This document shows positions 50,820 through 64,000 of a stretch of 64,000 nucleotides of DNA, one piece after another (within the stretch, counting starts at the first letter, position 1; the number at the start of each line of letters is the position of its first letter). Source of the DNA: Octopus vulgaris (taxonomy: Eukaryota). A model generated the notes under the pieces. It saw nothing but the letters and a program-made list of their open reading frames with translations, was not told the DNA's origin and searched no databases. Location of the stretch: the NCBI GenBank assembly GCA_951406725.2, contig OX597842.1, forward strand, positions 5,270,001-5,334,000, given 5' to 3'. Both the position numbers and the translations under genes were made by a program.

Positions 50820-53510
50820 TCATCTAGAAATCTTGAGGAAATCCAGTTGTTTTAAAAAGGCTACATCCACACCATGAAGGTCTCTCAGGCTTTGTGGGAG
50901 AATATTGAAGAACTGTGGGCCCTTGAAGCCCAAGATGTTGCAGTATCTAATCCTGTATCCTGATAGCAATGTTGGGGTTTTCGGTACTATGCAGTGGTGC
51001 CCCACCCTGCTGTTTGTGTAACTTACAATGCCAAAGTTAGGTACAAGTTCTTCTAAGATTTTCCATAGGCGTAGGAGTGGCTGTGTGGTAAGTAGCTTGC
51101 TTACCAACCACATGGTTCTGGGTTCAGTCCCACTGTGTGGCATCTTGGGCAAGTGTCTTCTACTATAACCTTGGGCCGACCAAAGCCTTGTGAGTGGATT
51201 TGGTAGACGGAAACTAAAAGAAGCCTGTCGTATATATGTATGTGTGTGTATTTGTCCCCCAACATCGCTTGATAACTGATGCTGGTGTGTTTATGTCCCC
51301 GTAACTTAGCGGTTCGGCAAAAAGAGGCCGGTAGAATAAGTACTGGGCTTACAAAGAATAAGTCCTCGGGTCGATTTGCTCGACGAAAGGCGGTGCTCCA
51401 GCATGGCCGCAGTCAAATGACTGAAACAAATAAAAGAATAAAAGAAAGTCTATCACTGCATACCTTTCCTTCCTTCATTCTAGGGAGTAAAATCTTAACT
51501 TTTTCAGTCTCTCCCAGTAGCTGACATGTCACACTGAGACAACCTTGTGTAGCTTTGCCACATTGGTTCGAGTTCTGTTATTAATTTTACACTGTGTGGT
51601 GACCACCATAGTTGGGGGCAGCAGTCTACATGGCTGAGAACAATCGTAGTTTCCTTTTCTCTCATTCTGAAAGTTTTAAGGATCCAGCCGGTAAACTGAG
51701 ACAACCTTGTGTAGCTTTGCCACATTGGTTCGAGTTCTGTCATGAATTTTACACTGTATGGTGACCACCATAGTTGGGAGCCGCAATCAACATGGCTGAG
51801 GACAATCGTAGTTTCCTTTTCTCTCATTCTAAGGATCCATCCGGTAAACTGCCTGTATTCTGTCGCCAACTTAGTAATATGCATCATTCAAGATGGAGAC
51901 AAGTACCAACGTTCTCATGTTGCAGGCTTAGATAATTGTTAAGAAACCGCTTTACATGAAAGCATTGGTGGCCTTGATAACCAACAAATAAAAAATATTC
52001 ATACTATTCAATGCCAAAGTTAGGTACAAGTTCTTCTAGGATTTTCCAGGTGTCTATCACTGCATACCATTCCTTCCTTCATTCTAGGGAGTAAAGTCTT
52101 AACTTTTTTGGTTTCACCCAGTAGCTGACATGTCAAACTGAAACAATCTTGTGTAGCTTTGCTGCATTGGTTTGAGTTCTGTCATTAATTTTACACTGTG
52201 TGGTGACCACCATAGTTGGGAGCAGCAGTCTACATGTCTGAGGACAAATGTCTTCCATAGGACCATCATAGATTCCTGCTCTCTCATTCTGAAAGTTCTA
52301 AGGATCCAGCCAGTAAACTGCCTGTATTCTGTTGCCAACTTAGTAATGTGCATCCGAAAACATGCATCATTCAAGATGGAGACAAGAACCAACGTTCTCA
52401 TGCGGCAGGCTAGATAATTGTTAAGAGACCGCTTTACATGAAAGCATTGGTAGCCTTGTTAACCAACAAATAAAAAATACTTATCCACCAATGCAGTGTG
52501 GAGCATTCATTCATACCATTCGATGCCAAAGTTAGGTACAAGTTCTAGGATTTTCCAGGTGTCTATCACTGCATACCTTTCCCTCCTTCATTCTAGGGAG
52601 TAAAGTCTTAACTTTTTTGGTCTCTCCCAGTAGCTGATATGTCACACTGAAACAATCTTGTGTAGCTTTGCTGCATTGGTTCGAGTTCTGTTATTAATTT
52701 TACACTGTGTGGTGACCACCATAGTTGGGGGCAGCAGTCTACATGTCTGAGAACAATCGTAGTTTCCTTTTCTCTCATTCTGAAAGTTCTAAGGATCCAT
52801 CTGGTAAACTGCCTGTATCCTGTTGCCAACTTAGTAATGTGCATCCAGAAATATGTATCATTCAAGATGGAGACAAGAACCAACGTTCTCGTGAGGCAGG
52901 CTTAGATAATTGTTAAGAGACTGCTTTACATGAAAGCATTGGTAGCCTTGTTAACCAACAAATAAAAAATATTTATCCTCCAATGCAGTGTGGGGCATTC
53001 ATTCATACCATTCGATGCCAGTTAGGTACAAGTACTTCTAGGATTTTCCAGGTGTCTATCACTGCATACCTTTCCTCCCTTCATTCTAGGGAGTAAAGTC
53101 TTAACTTTTTTGGTTTCTCCCAGTAGCTGATATGTCACACTGAAACAATCTTGTGTAGCTTTGCCGCATTGGTTCGAGTTCTGTCATTAATTTTACACTG
53201 TGTGGTGACCACCATAGTTGGGAGCAGCAGTCTACATGGCTGAGGACAAATGTCTTCCATAGGACCATCATAGATTCCTGCTCTTTCAATCTGAAAGTTC
53301 TAAGGATCCATCTGGTAAACTGCCTGTATTCTGTCGCTAACTTGGTACTATGCATCATTCAAGATGGAGACAAGTACCAACATTCTCATGCAGCAGGCTT
53401 AGATAATTGTTGAGAGACCGCTTTACATGAAAGCATTGGTAGCCTTGTTAACCAACAAATAAAAAATATATATCCACCAATGCAGTATGGAGCATTCATT
53501 CATACCATTC
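50820..53510 (-). mobile_element. CR1/L2-like LINE ORF2 C-terminal fragment, tandemly amplified about 4x (~500-550-bp units)
   Basis: Repeated GWILRTF..LWKTFVLSHVDCCSQLW.SP..LYSLE..WKILEELVPNFG. Confidence 0.85.
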
Positions 53511-54242
53511 AACATTAGCATACGAGCTGGCAGAATCATTAGCATGCTGGGCAAAATGCTTAGTGGTGCTTCGCCTGCCGTTACATTCTGAGTTCAAATT
53601 CTGCCGAGGTCGACTTTGCCTTTCATCCTTTCGGTGGTCAATATATTAAGTTACGCACTGGGGTTGATATAATCAACTTAATCTGTTTGTCTGTCCTCTC
53701 TGTGTTTAGCCCCTTTGTGGGTAGTAAAGAAACAGGTATTTTGTCTGCCATTACATTCTGAGTTCAAATTCCGCTGAGGTCAACTTTGCCTTTCATCCTT
53801 TTGGGGGTCAATATATTAAGTTACGCACTGGGGTTGATATAATCAACTTAATCTGTTTGTCTGTCCTCTCTGTGTTTAGCCCCTTTGTGGGTAGTAAAGA
53901 AACAGGTATTTTGTCTGCCATTACATTCTGAGTTCAAATTCCGCTGAGGTCAACTTTGCCTTTCATCCTTTCGGGGTTGATTAAATAAGCACCAGTTACA
54001 CACTGGGGTCGATGTAATTGACTTAATCCCTTTGTCTGTCCCCTCTATATTTAGCCCCCAGTGGGCAATAAAGAAATAAATATTAGCATACATATATAGT
54101 CTAAAGATCCAATAGGGGGTAGAATCAACAAAAAATGTGCCCCATCCAGTGAGAGGTATATATCAAGTTAAATACACAACCAAAAGAGCTACTGATAGTG
54201 TCATGCTATTATGATACTTGAGCAGGCATATTTATAAATAAA

Positions 54243-54652
54243 CTAGCAGCTAAGCCCGGTTTCACCCGGTCAGTTTGGATGATGTGGCTGTGATCGTTTT
54301 CAGTTAGGCATAATCTATAAGAGCGTTTGTCAACCTTATCATCTTGGGTCCCCCGTTTCGATTGGAGCCTACAGCTATATGAACATTTCCTGACCCCACC
54401 CCGTCAGAAAACAGCTTCTAAACAACTGGTTGTTTTAATGGCAGAAGAAAGAGGGAAATTCCATTAGAAAAAGCTTTGATCGATTTTCTCGGTAAGTATG
54501 GGGGCTAGGAAAAAAATACAAACTGCATTCCAATCTATGCACCCGTCTCCACGTGTGTGCCATTTTTCATGCGAATCCACCCAGCCATTTGGCTGTGAAC
54601 CTCAAGACAAGAAAGAATACAACGACCGCCCATGTCCAATTTATATTATAGA
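54243..54652 (-). mobile_element. Non-autonomous Helitron, third family
   Basis: ACTAGCAGCTAAGCCCGGTTTCACCCGGT end hairpin; TCTATAATATAAA start on the minus strand. Confidence 0.7.
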
Positions 54653-56444
54653 GTATGCCGTGTATCTTAAAGCAATCATTTATGCACTGTTTACGTGTTA
54701 TATACGTCCTTGTGTATTATCATCATCATCATTTAACGCCTGTCTTCCATGCGTGTATGGGTAGAACGATTGACAGGAGCTGGCATGGTAGGAGACTACA
54801 TCGAGCTACTGTGTCTGCTTTGGCATGGTTTTTACAGCTGGATGCCCTTCCTAACACCTATTTCTTTATTGCCCACAATGAGCTAAACATAGAGGGGACA
54901 AACGGATTAAGTCGATTACATCAACCCCAGTGCATAACTGGTACTTGATTTATCGACCCCGAAAGGATGAAAGGCAAAGTTGACCTCGGCGGAATTTGAA
55001 CTCAGAACGTAGCGACAGACGAAATACCTATTTGTTTATTACCCACAAGGGGCCAAACACAGAGGGGACGAACAAAGACAGACAAATGGATTAAGTCAAT
55101 TATATCGACCCCAGTGCGTAACTGGTACTTAATTTATCGACCCTGAAAGGATGAAAAGCAAAGTCGACCTTGGCAGAATTTGAACTCAGAACGTAGCTGC
55201 AGACGAAATACCTATTTCTTTACTACCCACAAGGGGCTAAACACAGAGGGGACAAACAAATGGATTAAGTCGATTACATCGACCCTGAAAGGATGAAAGG
55301 TAAAGTCGACCTCGGCGGAATTTGAACTCAGAACGTAAAGAGAAATGAAATACCTATTTCTTCACTACCCACAAGGGGCTAAACACAGTGAGGACAAACA
55401 AACTGATAAAGTCGATTACATTGACCCCAGTGCATAACTGGTACTTGATTTATCAACCCCGAAAGGATGAAAGGCAAAGTCGACCTTGGCGGAATTTGAA
55501 CTCAGGACGTAATGGCAGACGAAATACGGCTACGCATTTTGCCCAGCGTGCTAACGTTTCTGCCAGCTCGCCATCACATCAGCCCATCTTTTCTCTCGCA
55601 TACATCTGATGTCTCTTATATCACCAACCACCCCGTAGAGTAGAGTGAGTGCTTTTTACATGGCACCAGCACAGGTGTGGTCAGTTTTGGCATGGGTTTT
55701 ACACCTGGACAAAGCCCTTCCGAATGCCAACCAATTCAGTGTGGACTGGATGCTTTTTACATGGCATCAGTACACACACTTCTTTAAAGTTTCCCCCATA
55801 TTCCACTCATATGGCATTAACTTTACTGGTTTCAGCCAAGGTTTTTGGCCATGCTGGAGCACCACTTATCGTGTGATTGGCTTTTATTTCACACTCACTT
55901 TTCAGCCCTTACTCTTGAACCAGTTCTGACAAATTCAAGAAACGGACTAGACAGAGGTGCTTCTTGTTGTATTTCTTACCATGATGCAGGTTTCTCTGGT
56001 ACCTCAGATAAAAATTGGTCCAAATGTTCTTTGAAAACATTCACACTTAAATCTTGTAGATCTTTGGGGTTGTTTGGCAGAGAGGAGCTGTGGACCCTTG
56101 AAACCCAAGCTGTTCAGAACAGGGTCCTTACTTTTGATAGAGGGTGAGGAATCTTTGGTACTCTGCAGAGGGGTCCAGTTTAATGGTTGGTGATAAGTAC
56201 CAGGCTTAAAAAAAAGCAAGTGTTGGGATTCATTCAACCAAAATAGTGGTGCCCCAGCATGGCCGCAGTCCAATGACTGAAAAATGAAAGATCTGTGCGT
56301 GCATATGTATGTGTGTATGAGTGTGTATATGTGTGTATGAGTGTGTATATGCATGTATGTATGTATGTGTGTATATGTATGTATGTGTGTGTATATGTAT
56401 GTGTGCATGTGTGTATGTATGTATGTGTGTGTATGTATGTTTAT

Positions 56445-56990
56445 GTCAGGTCACTTTCGAGTGCTACTGGTAACATGTAACTCAGTACAACCTGTTGCAT
56501 GGTCGGGTCGTCGGCGACTAAACCAGCAACCCCACCAAGTTTGCTTGGTGAGGAGGGTGTTTATTGGACACCCTGCGGGATGAAAAACGAAACCCGTCAA
56601 AGGGCGGAGGAACTCTTGAGAGTCAACGGCCATCCAATAAATGTATTAAGGCTTTATCATGCACTGGGACATAGAAATAATCGGACTGAATACCCAATCA
56701 CACAGTTAAACCATTGAGAGTGAAGGACTCCTAGCCTTTGTCAGGGCATCCTTCTAGGTGAAGGTAACTCAGGTAACTGGGAGAACTCTGACATAAAACC
56801 TGTGGCTCAGTGGTTACCGATGATGTTGACTTGTTCTTCTTTTCGGATTATGGCTGCTGTTACTTAGTGAGTGGGATTGACTCAGTGCACAGCTTTTCCT
56901 CACTTTAAAAAATATCTTCTTGCACAGGCATTGCACGATAACATTGATTAAGCTTCATGCAATGGCCATACTCGATAACGAGGGGGCAGC
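56445..56990 (+). mobile_element. GC-richer repeat resembling a non-LTR retrotransposon 5' UTR
   Basis: Structured non-coding segment embedded in a microsatellite. The GAAGGTAACTC..AACTCTGACATAAAACC motif is reminiscent of RTE 5' UTRs. Confidence 0.3.
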
Positions 56991-57806
56991 CACCATGTAT
57001 GTATGTATGTATGTGTGTATATATGTATGTATGTGTGTGTGTTTATGTCGTGCATATGTGTGTGTATGTATCCTTTAGTTTGTGCTTTCTCCCAGCACCA
57101 CAACTTGAAAACCAATGTTGGTTTGTTTACATCCTAGTAACTTAGCAGCTTAGCAAAAGTAGGAATAGAATAAGTACCAGGCTTCAATCTGTTCAACTAA
57201 ACCATTGAAAGCGGTGCCCCAGCATGGCCACAGTCCAAAAAGATAAAGACAAAAATACAAACACAAAGAAATAAAAAATACAAGAAAAAAAAACTATGAT
57301 TATTCAATGGCAAAGAAGGCATTGTTTTTGTTGTTTTTCTTTTTTTGCTTTGCTTTGTGATATTTTTGTTGCTTTTTTTTTGTTTTTAAATAATAAAAAT
57401 TTAAGTTAAAAATAAAATTAAAACACCCAGAATTCCACTCTTGTTAAACACACCTATGACCGCTCCAAGAATGTTAAGATAGATTCAAGATTATCCTAGG
57501 ACTTTTCTGTGACAATCACCAATAATATATGTGTATGTGTGCATATGTAAATGTGTATGTGAGTGTGTGTATATATATACACACACACACATATATGTAT
57601 GTATATATACATATGCACAAACACCTGTATATATGTGTGTATATATATGTACGTATGTATAGATATATATATATATATACACATACATATATATATGCAC
57701 ATATATATAGATATATACACATATATATATATACATATATGTATGTATGTTTATATGTGTATGTATGTGTATATATATATGCACATACACCTGTGTATAT
57801 GTGTAC

Positions 57807-57862
<56 letters not shown>

Positions 57863-58111
57863 GCATATGCACCTGTATATATGTGCACATATATGTATAA
57901 ATATATACACACACATATATATGTATATACATACATATGGAATGTGCTTCACCAGCAAACTACCAGGTCTATATCATACAATTTATTAAGCTATGTGTAC
58001 ATGTATATGTATATATATACATATATATATATACACATATATATAATATATACACATATATATATACACATATATATATACATATATATATATACATATA
58101 TATATATATAC

Positions 58112-58284
<173 letters not shown>

Positions 58285-58290
58285 TATACA

Positions 58291-60218
58291 CAGGCTGGCC
58301 CAGACATCACGAAGGGGTTTCAGTATTTAATAACTTTTTAAATAATTATTTAATTCTTGTTTTATTTCATAATTATACACAGACGACTCTAAAATTTAAG
58401 CATGGAAAAGTACACTAGTGAACAGTGAACACAAATTGTGAAATTTGATTATCAAAACCAAGGACCAATAATTCGGACTCAACGAGCATATTTGTTGTAA
58501 TTATGGAGCAATGAATCGTCTAAATCAATTAATTAGTCAATTTGTGGATCAAGGATTGGTAAGTGACCTTCCAAGAATAAGCAGACCTTGTTCCATTGGA
58601 AACAAAGCCATAGTCAGGCATGTGAGGGAGAGTATTGAAGAAGACCCAACAACAACAACACGAAGATGTTCTGGATGAGTTGAAAGCTGCAGGACATCAC
58701 TCCAACGGATTTTAAAAACAATGGATCTTTGCTGTATAAAATCCGATCAGTGCAAAAGCTGGAAGAACTAGACTATGCTGCTGGATTATAATATGCCACA
58801 AGATTCCAAGAATTAGCAAGAGAAAACCCAGAGGTTCTCCATAAATTGATTAAAATAAATAAAGGCGCCCTTTCAAGGCCTAGCCAGGCTCATAGGCCCA
58901 GTTTCCCAGTTTCAATGGCGTATGTGTTTCTCAATTGGATGGGACGTGAGTCCATCGCAGCGTTACTCCTTTTTGCCAGCTGAGTGAACTGGAGCAACAT
59001 GAAATGAAGTGTTTTGCTCAAGAACACAACACACAGCCCGGTCCAGGAATTGAAACCACAATCTTACGATCATGATGCTGACACCCTAACCACTAAGCCA
59101 CGTGCCTCCACCCATAAATTGATTATGGCAGATAAAACCCATTTTCATTTGAATGGATTCATTAATAAACAAAGCTGCAGGATTTGGGGTCCAGAAAACC
59201 CTACAGCAATCCATCAAAGAGAGCTGCATCCCATTAAGGGTACCATCTGGTGTGGAATGACTTCGAAAAAAGTGATAGGACCTTATTTCTTCGAAAATGA
59301 GGAAGGAGACACTGTTACTGTTCCTGGAGACAAACACTGATCCATGATCCCAAATTTCTTACATCCAGCGCTTCAAGATATGCCTCATATGCGGTTTCAG
59401 CAGGAGGGGCCGCAGCCCAAACAATAAGGAACACCAAGGAAACACTCAGGCAAAGTTTTGATAAAAAATAAATTTCTTAATTTTCAGAGATAAATTGGCC
59501 ATCTCGTTCTCCGGATCTAACCACTCCAGACTTTTTTCTATGGAGCTGTCTTCAGGAAAAAAATTTGAGTGGCTGTCTGGTAAGTAGCTTGCTTACCAAC
59601 CACATGGTTCCGGGTTCAGTCCCACTGCGTGGCACCTTGGGCAAGTGTCTTCTACTATAGCCTCGGGCCGACCAAAGCCTTGTGAGTAGATTTAGTAGAT
59701 GGAAACTGAAAGAAGCCCATTGTATAGATATATATATATATATATGTGTGTGAGTGTGTGTTTGTCTCCCCCAACATCGCTTGACAACCGATGCTGGTGT
59801 GTTTACGTCCCCATAACTTAGTGGTTCGGTAAAGGAGACCGATAGAGTAAGTACTAGGCTTACAAAGAATAAGTCCTGGGCTCGATTTGCTCAACTAAAA
59901 GGCAGTGCTCCAGCATGGCCACAGTCAAATGACTGAAACAAGTAAAAGAGTAAATCTCAAGAATGACATCAGAACAGAAATTAGATCACTGGGGCCACAA
60001 ACATTAAAGGCTGTTATGGAAAATACCTTACAAAGGAGTACGTTGTTTATGCGAATTGGAAAACGGATGCCATTTAAAAAATGCCGTCTTTCACATCTTG
60101 GGGAAATAAAATCTCACATTCTTTTTCTATAACTTACCTACGAAAATATCGCAATTTTTAAATGAGATAAACAAGATATTAAATATTGAAACCCCTTCGT
60201 GACTTCTGCGCCACCCTG
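58291..60218 (+). mobile_element. Degenerate Tc1/mariner-superfamily (maT/DD37D-like) transposon interrupted by two SINEs
   Basis: TIRs CAGGCTGG..TCACGAAGGGGTTTCA / TGAAACCCCTTCGTGA..CCACCCTG-TA. Remnant peptides HFHLNGFINKQSCRIWGPENP, IWCG, IGPYFFE, FQQEG, WPSRSPDL, with stops and frameshifts. Confidence 0.88.
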
Positions 60219-60244
60219 TATGCGCATATACGTATGTGTGTGTG

Positions 60245-60292
<48 letters not shown>

Positions 60293-60312
60293 TGTATATA
60301 TATGTGTGAGTG

Positions 60313-60367
<55 letters not shown>

Positions 60368-60621
60368 GTATGTGTGTGTTTATATGTGTGTGTGTGTATA
60401 TATATATATATATGTGTGTGTATATATATATGTGTGAGTATATATATATATGTCTGTGTGTGTGTATATATATATATACACACATATATATATACACATA
60501 TATGTGTGTGTGTGTGTATGTACATACATATATACATGTGTGTGTGTATATATATATGTGTGTGTGTATATATATGCACATATATATATATACATGTGTG
60601 TATGTGTATATCTATATATGC

Positions 60622-60661
<40 letters not shown>

Positions 60662-61046
60662 GTATATATGTTTGTGTGTGTGCGTGTGTATTTGAAAACC
60701 CAAGAGACCCATGTCCCCTTGTTGCAAACACAAGGGAATTCAAAGAACCAAGATAAAAGTGGAATGAAAACGAAAGGAAAAGTAGTGGTGGGCATGGCTA
60801 TTGATTTGGAAGGCGGGGGGAAAAGGGTAATCCTGAGAGTTGTGGTACGAAGGCAGGTGGGAGGAGAGGGAGGTAACATGGAGATGGTAAAAATAGGGGA
60901 CGGAGTTTCATGCTAATCATAATGAAAAGAACGTATTAATTTGGCCCCTATCCCTTAAATTCTCATTACAGCAGGAAATACATTTAAATCTTCTGAATCC
61001 TTAACTACATGTTTACACTGAGTGTATATGTGTGTGCATACACACC

Positions 61047-61082
<36 letters not shown>

Positions 61083-62086
61083 TAAAAATTAAAATGAGGG
61101 TGAAAAATTGGATATTAATTTGATAACATCAATTTAACACCAGTGGTCTAGCATAATTAAAAAATTGAGGTTCAGTAAATAGTATTACATATAAGAGGGA
61201 TTACCACTATGTGGACACCCTAACGCTAAAAGTAGATCCGCTATGGTCTTACCACTAAGAATTGTTCTCAAGAAAATTTAGCAAACACCAGAAATGTAAG
61301 CGAGCAAGACAAATGGAAAGTAACAAAAATATATGTTTCACTATCAACAAATTACATAATTTATCTGTAGATCTTCAGTATGATCGTCTATACAAATGTA
61401 ATTTGCAGAACTACACACTAGACATCTGCACAAGGTCGAATATGTATGTAGTTCTACCTATTACACTTGTGGTTATTTTTCAAAAGTCCTCGTTTTGGCG
61501 TGCTAAATTACCAGAAATAATACTGAGTAAAATAACTTACTGTAGTACCCTTTGCCGGTTTGAGAATGTATATATATATATATATATATATATGATAAAG
61601 AACCTTGCAAAGTCGTACAGACTCAGAGGGGCCAACTTCCAGGTTTCTATGACAGAACAGGGACGCAGATCTGTCACAGGGTATGACTCATTTTTGCCAG
61701 CTCAGTGGACAGGAACAACATGAAATGAAGTGCTTTGCTCCAAGAAAAACAATGAATTGCTCAGTCTAGGAATTGAAACCAGAATCTTATGATCATGAGT
61801 CAAACACACTAACCACTAAGCCATGTACCTCTACACAAATGTATCGTCATCATCGTTTAACGTCTGTTTTCCATGCTGGCATGGGTTGGACTGTTTGACA
61901 AGAGCTGGCAAGCCAGAAGACTGCACCAGGCTTCATTGCTTGTTATGGCATGGTTTTTATGACTGAATGCCTTTCACATATAATATGTGTGTGTGTATAT
62001 ATATATATATATATAAGCAATAGTAAATCTCTGAACGAGGTATAAACAGTAACTGCACGACAATGTGAAGTATATGTGCCACTTAA

Positions 62087-62291
62087 ATGTGGCTAACCAC
62101 TAACGGTGGGTGCTACTGTAGCTTGTAGCCCCAGGAGATCATCATCTCCAGCTGGCTTTAGGCACACCTTCTGTGCTCTTCTGGTATTTGCAAATACCAT
62201 AAGGGCACAGAAAGTATGCCTAAAGCCAGCTGGAGACGATGTTCTCCTGGGGCTAAAAGCTACAGTAACATCCACCCTTAGTGGTTAGCCA
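62087..62291. repeat. ~100-bp-arm spacerless palindrome
   Basis: Centre GGTATTTGCAAATACC; arms begin TGGCTAACCACTAA. Confidence 0.92.
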
Positions 62292-62320
62292 TATTGAGAT
62301 GGCTAGTATACTTTACGTTT

Positions 62321-62363
<43 letters not shown>

Positions 62364-62519
62364 CTGTCTTCGTGTCCCTGTAACTTAGTGGTTCAGCAAA
62401 AAGAGACCAACAGAATAAGTAACAGGCTTTAAAAAAAGTCCTGGGATCAATTCGTTCAACTAAAATATGTTAAGGTGGTGCTGCAGCATGGCCGCAGTCT
62501 AACAACTGAATCAAGTAAA

Positions 62520-63746
62520 AGGTAAAATGTGTGTGGTTAGGAGCATTGCTTTCATGACTGTGAGATTATGGTTTCAATTCCCATTCAATTCCCATGGTTT
62601 CAATTCTCCATTCAGGCGGAATGTTGGCCCGCATGCCTAGCCAGCGGGGTGAAATCATTGGAAAGCTAAAACCATGCAAAGTGCACTGTGACCAGTGATA
62701 TATAACAATATCCAATAGTCTGGTTGATACCGCGACACATACATACAAACTTAACAGTGTGTTGAAATGCCTGACATGTTATCAGTTAATTTCAGATCGG
62801 TAATCATTTCCCCATTCAAATCTGATATTTCACATGGCTTGAAACCAATCTAGGTAGGCAGCTGTGCAGAGTTTGAGCCACATTAAGTAATAGGAAACAG
62901 AAAAGTTAACTGGTGTTTTTAAGCTTATGTATACACATGTTTCTGCAAGCCTGCAGCTTACCTCCTTGGTATTTGAGCAAATAGTAGTTTTTGTTTAAAT
63001 ACTGAGGAGGTGAGCCACTGGTTTACAGAAACACGTGACTGTGTAGGAACTGAGTGTACACAATTCTGTGCATGTGTACTTGAGACACAAGAAGTGAGCT
63101 TTGATAGTGAGGTACTTTGTGGAGTACGAAGTCATGAAATGCATAAGCTAGCTTTTAGTGGGATTTTTAGAGGCGAGTGTAGATAAAATGAATTGAAGTT
63201 TGGGCCATGATTTTGGCAATGGTGTTGTTGTTTAGGGAAGACCAAGTAAATGAATCAGAAGGGGGGGGGGGGAGGATAAACAAAGCAAAAAAAGATATGA
63301 AAAAAAAAACAAAAAAAAACAAGGAAAACTCTGTATGGCAAGAAAGGAGTTCAGAAGAGTACAGAAAGGAGTACAGATTTTGGGGGGGGGGATTAAAGTT
63401 AGGTGTGCGTTTTGTTGCATCTCATGTCGGAGTGTCTTTCGTTTTCTAATGTGTGCGTACGAGGTGGACAAGTCCGGCCAGAGGGAGAGGTGAGTGATGT
63501 TGAAGTGCGACACCCGATTCTTCACGAAGACCCAACCCCCGACACGAAACACTTACCCAGCCCATCCGCAAGTGCAAGCATCAACACCTTACCCTACCCT
63601 ACCCAACCCATCACAACCACCGTCCACCTCGCCCAGCTTCCTTCCCGTCTTGCCACTTCTCCCTCCTCCTCTACTTTTACCCTTCATCTTTTTTTGCTGT
63701 TATCGTTATTGCTGTTGTTGTTGTTGTCGTGGTTATTGCAGCTTCA
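62520..63746 (-). other. Probable ADK 3' UTR (3' end not defined)
   Basis: Largely unique sequence directly downstream of the ADK stop. No clear AATAAA located. Confidence 0.55.
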
Positions 63747-63998
<252 letters not shown>

Positions 63999-64000
63999 CA

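Noticed and set aside
62093-62288. Near-identical 60-aa ORFs on both strands (also 413-610 / 618-854)
   Set aside because: A consequence of palindromic DNA.

Overview
AT-rich, microsatellite- and SINE-dense eukaryotic DNA. The repeat families point to a coleoid cephalopod, most likely Octopus (inference). Coding content is small: (1) the last coding exon of adenosine kinase (ADK), minus strand, 63747-63871; (2) an intronless 173-aa two-TM orphan ORF, plus strand, 37918-38439; (3) a probable first coding exon of an unidentified minus-strand gene, 8492-8757; (4) a few weak exon candidates. The rest is tRNA-derived SINEs (CORE-, Meta- and V-like), RTE/CR1/Tx1/Hero LINE remnants, mariner, Tc1/maT, pogo and piggyBac-type MITEs, four non-autonomous Helitrons and many tandem repeats. 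The most unusual signals are about ten minimal type I hammerhead-ribozyme-like motifs (best at 36249-36307, 39584-39635 and 35206-35242), a family of palindromic elements joining head-to-head tRNA-like Pol III heads to those motifs, and an LTR end whose primer-binding site continues as a full antisense tRNA-Trp including CCA. Almost all ORFs in the supplied track are microsatellite or repeat artefacts. No database searches were run; repeat boundaries are approximate.
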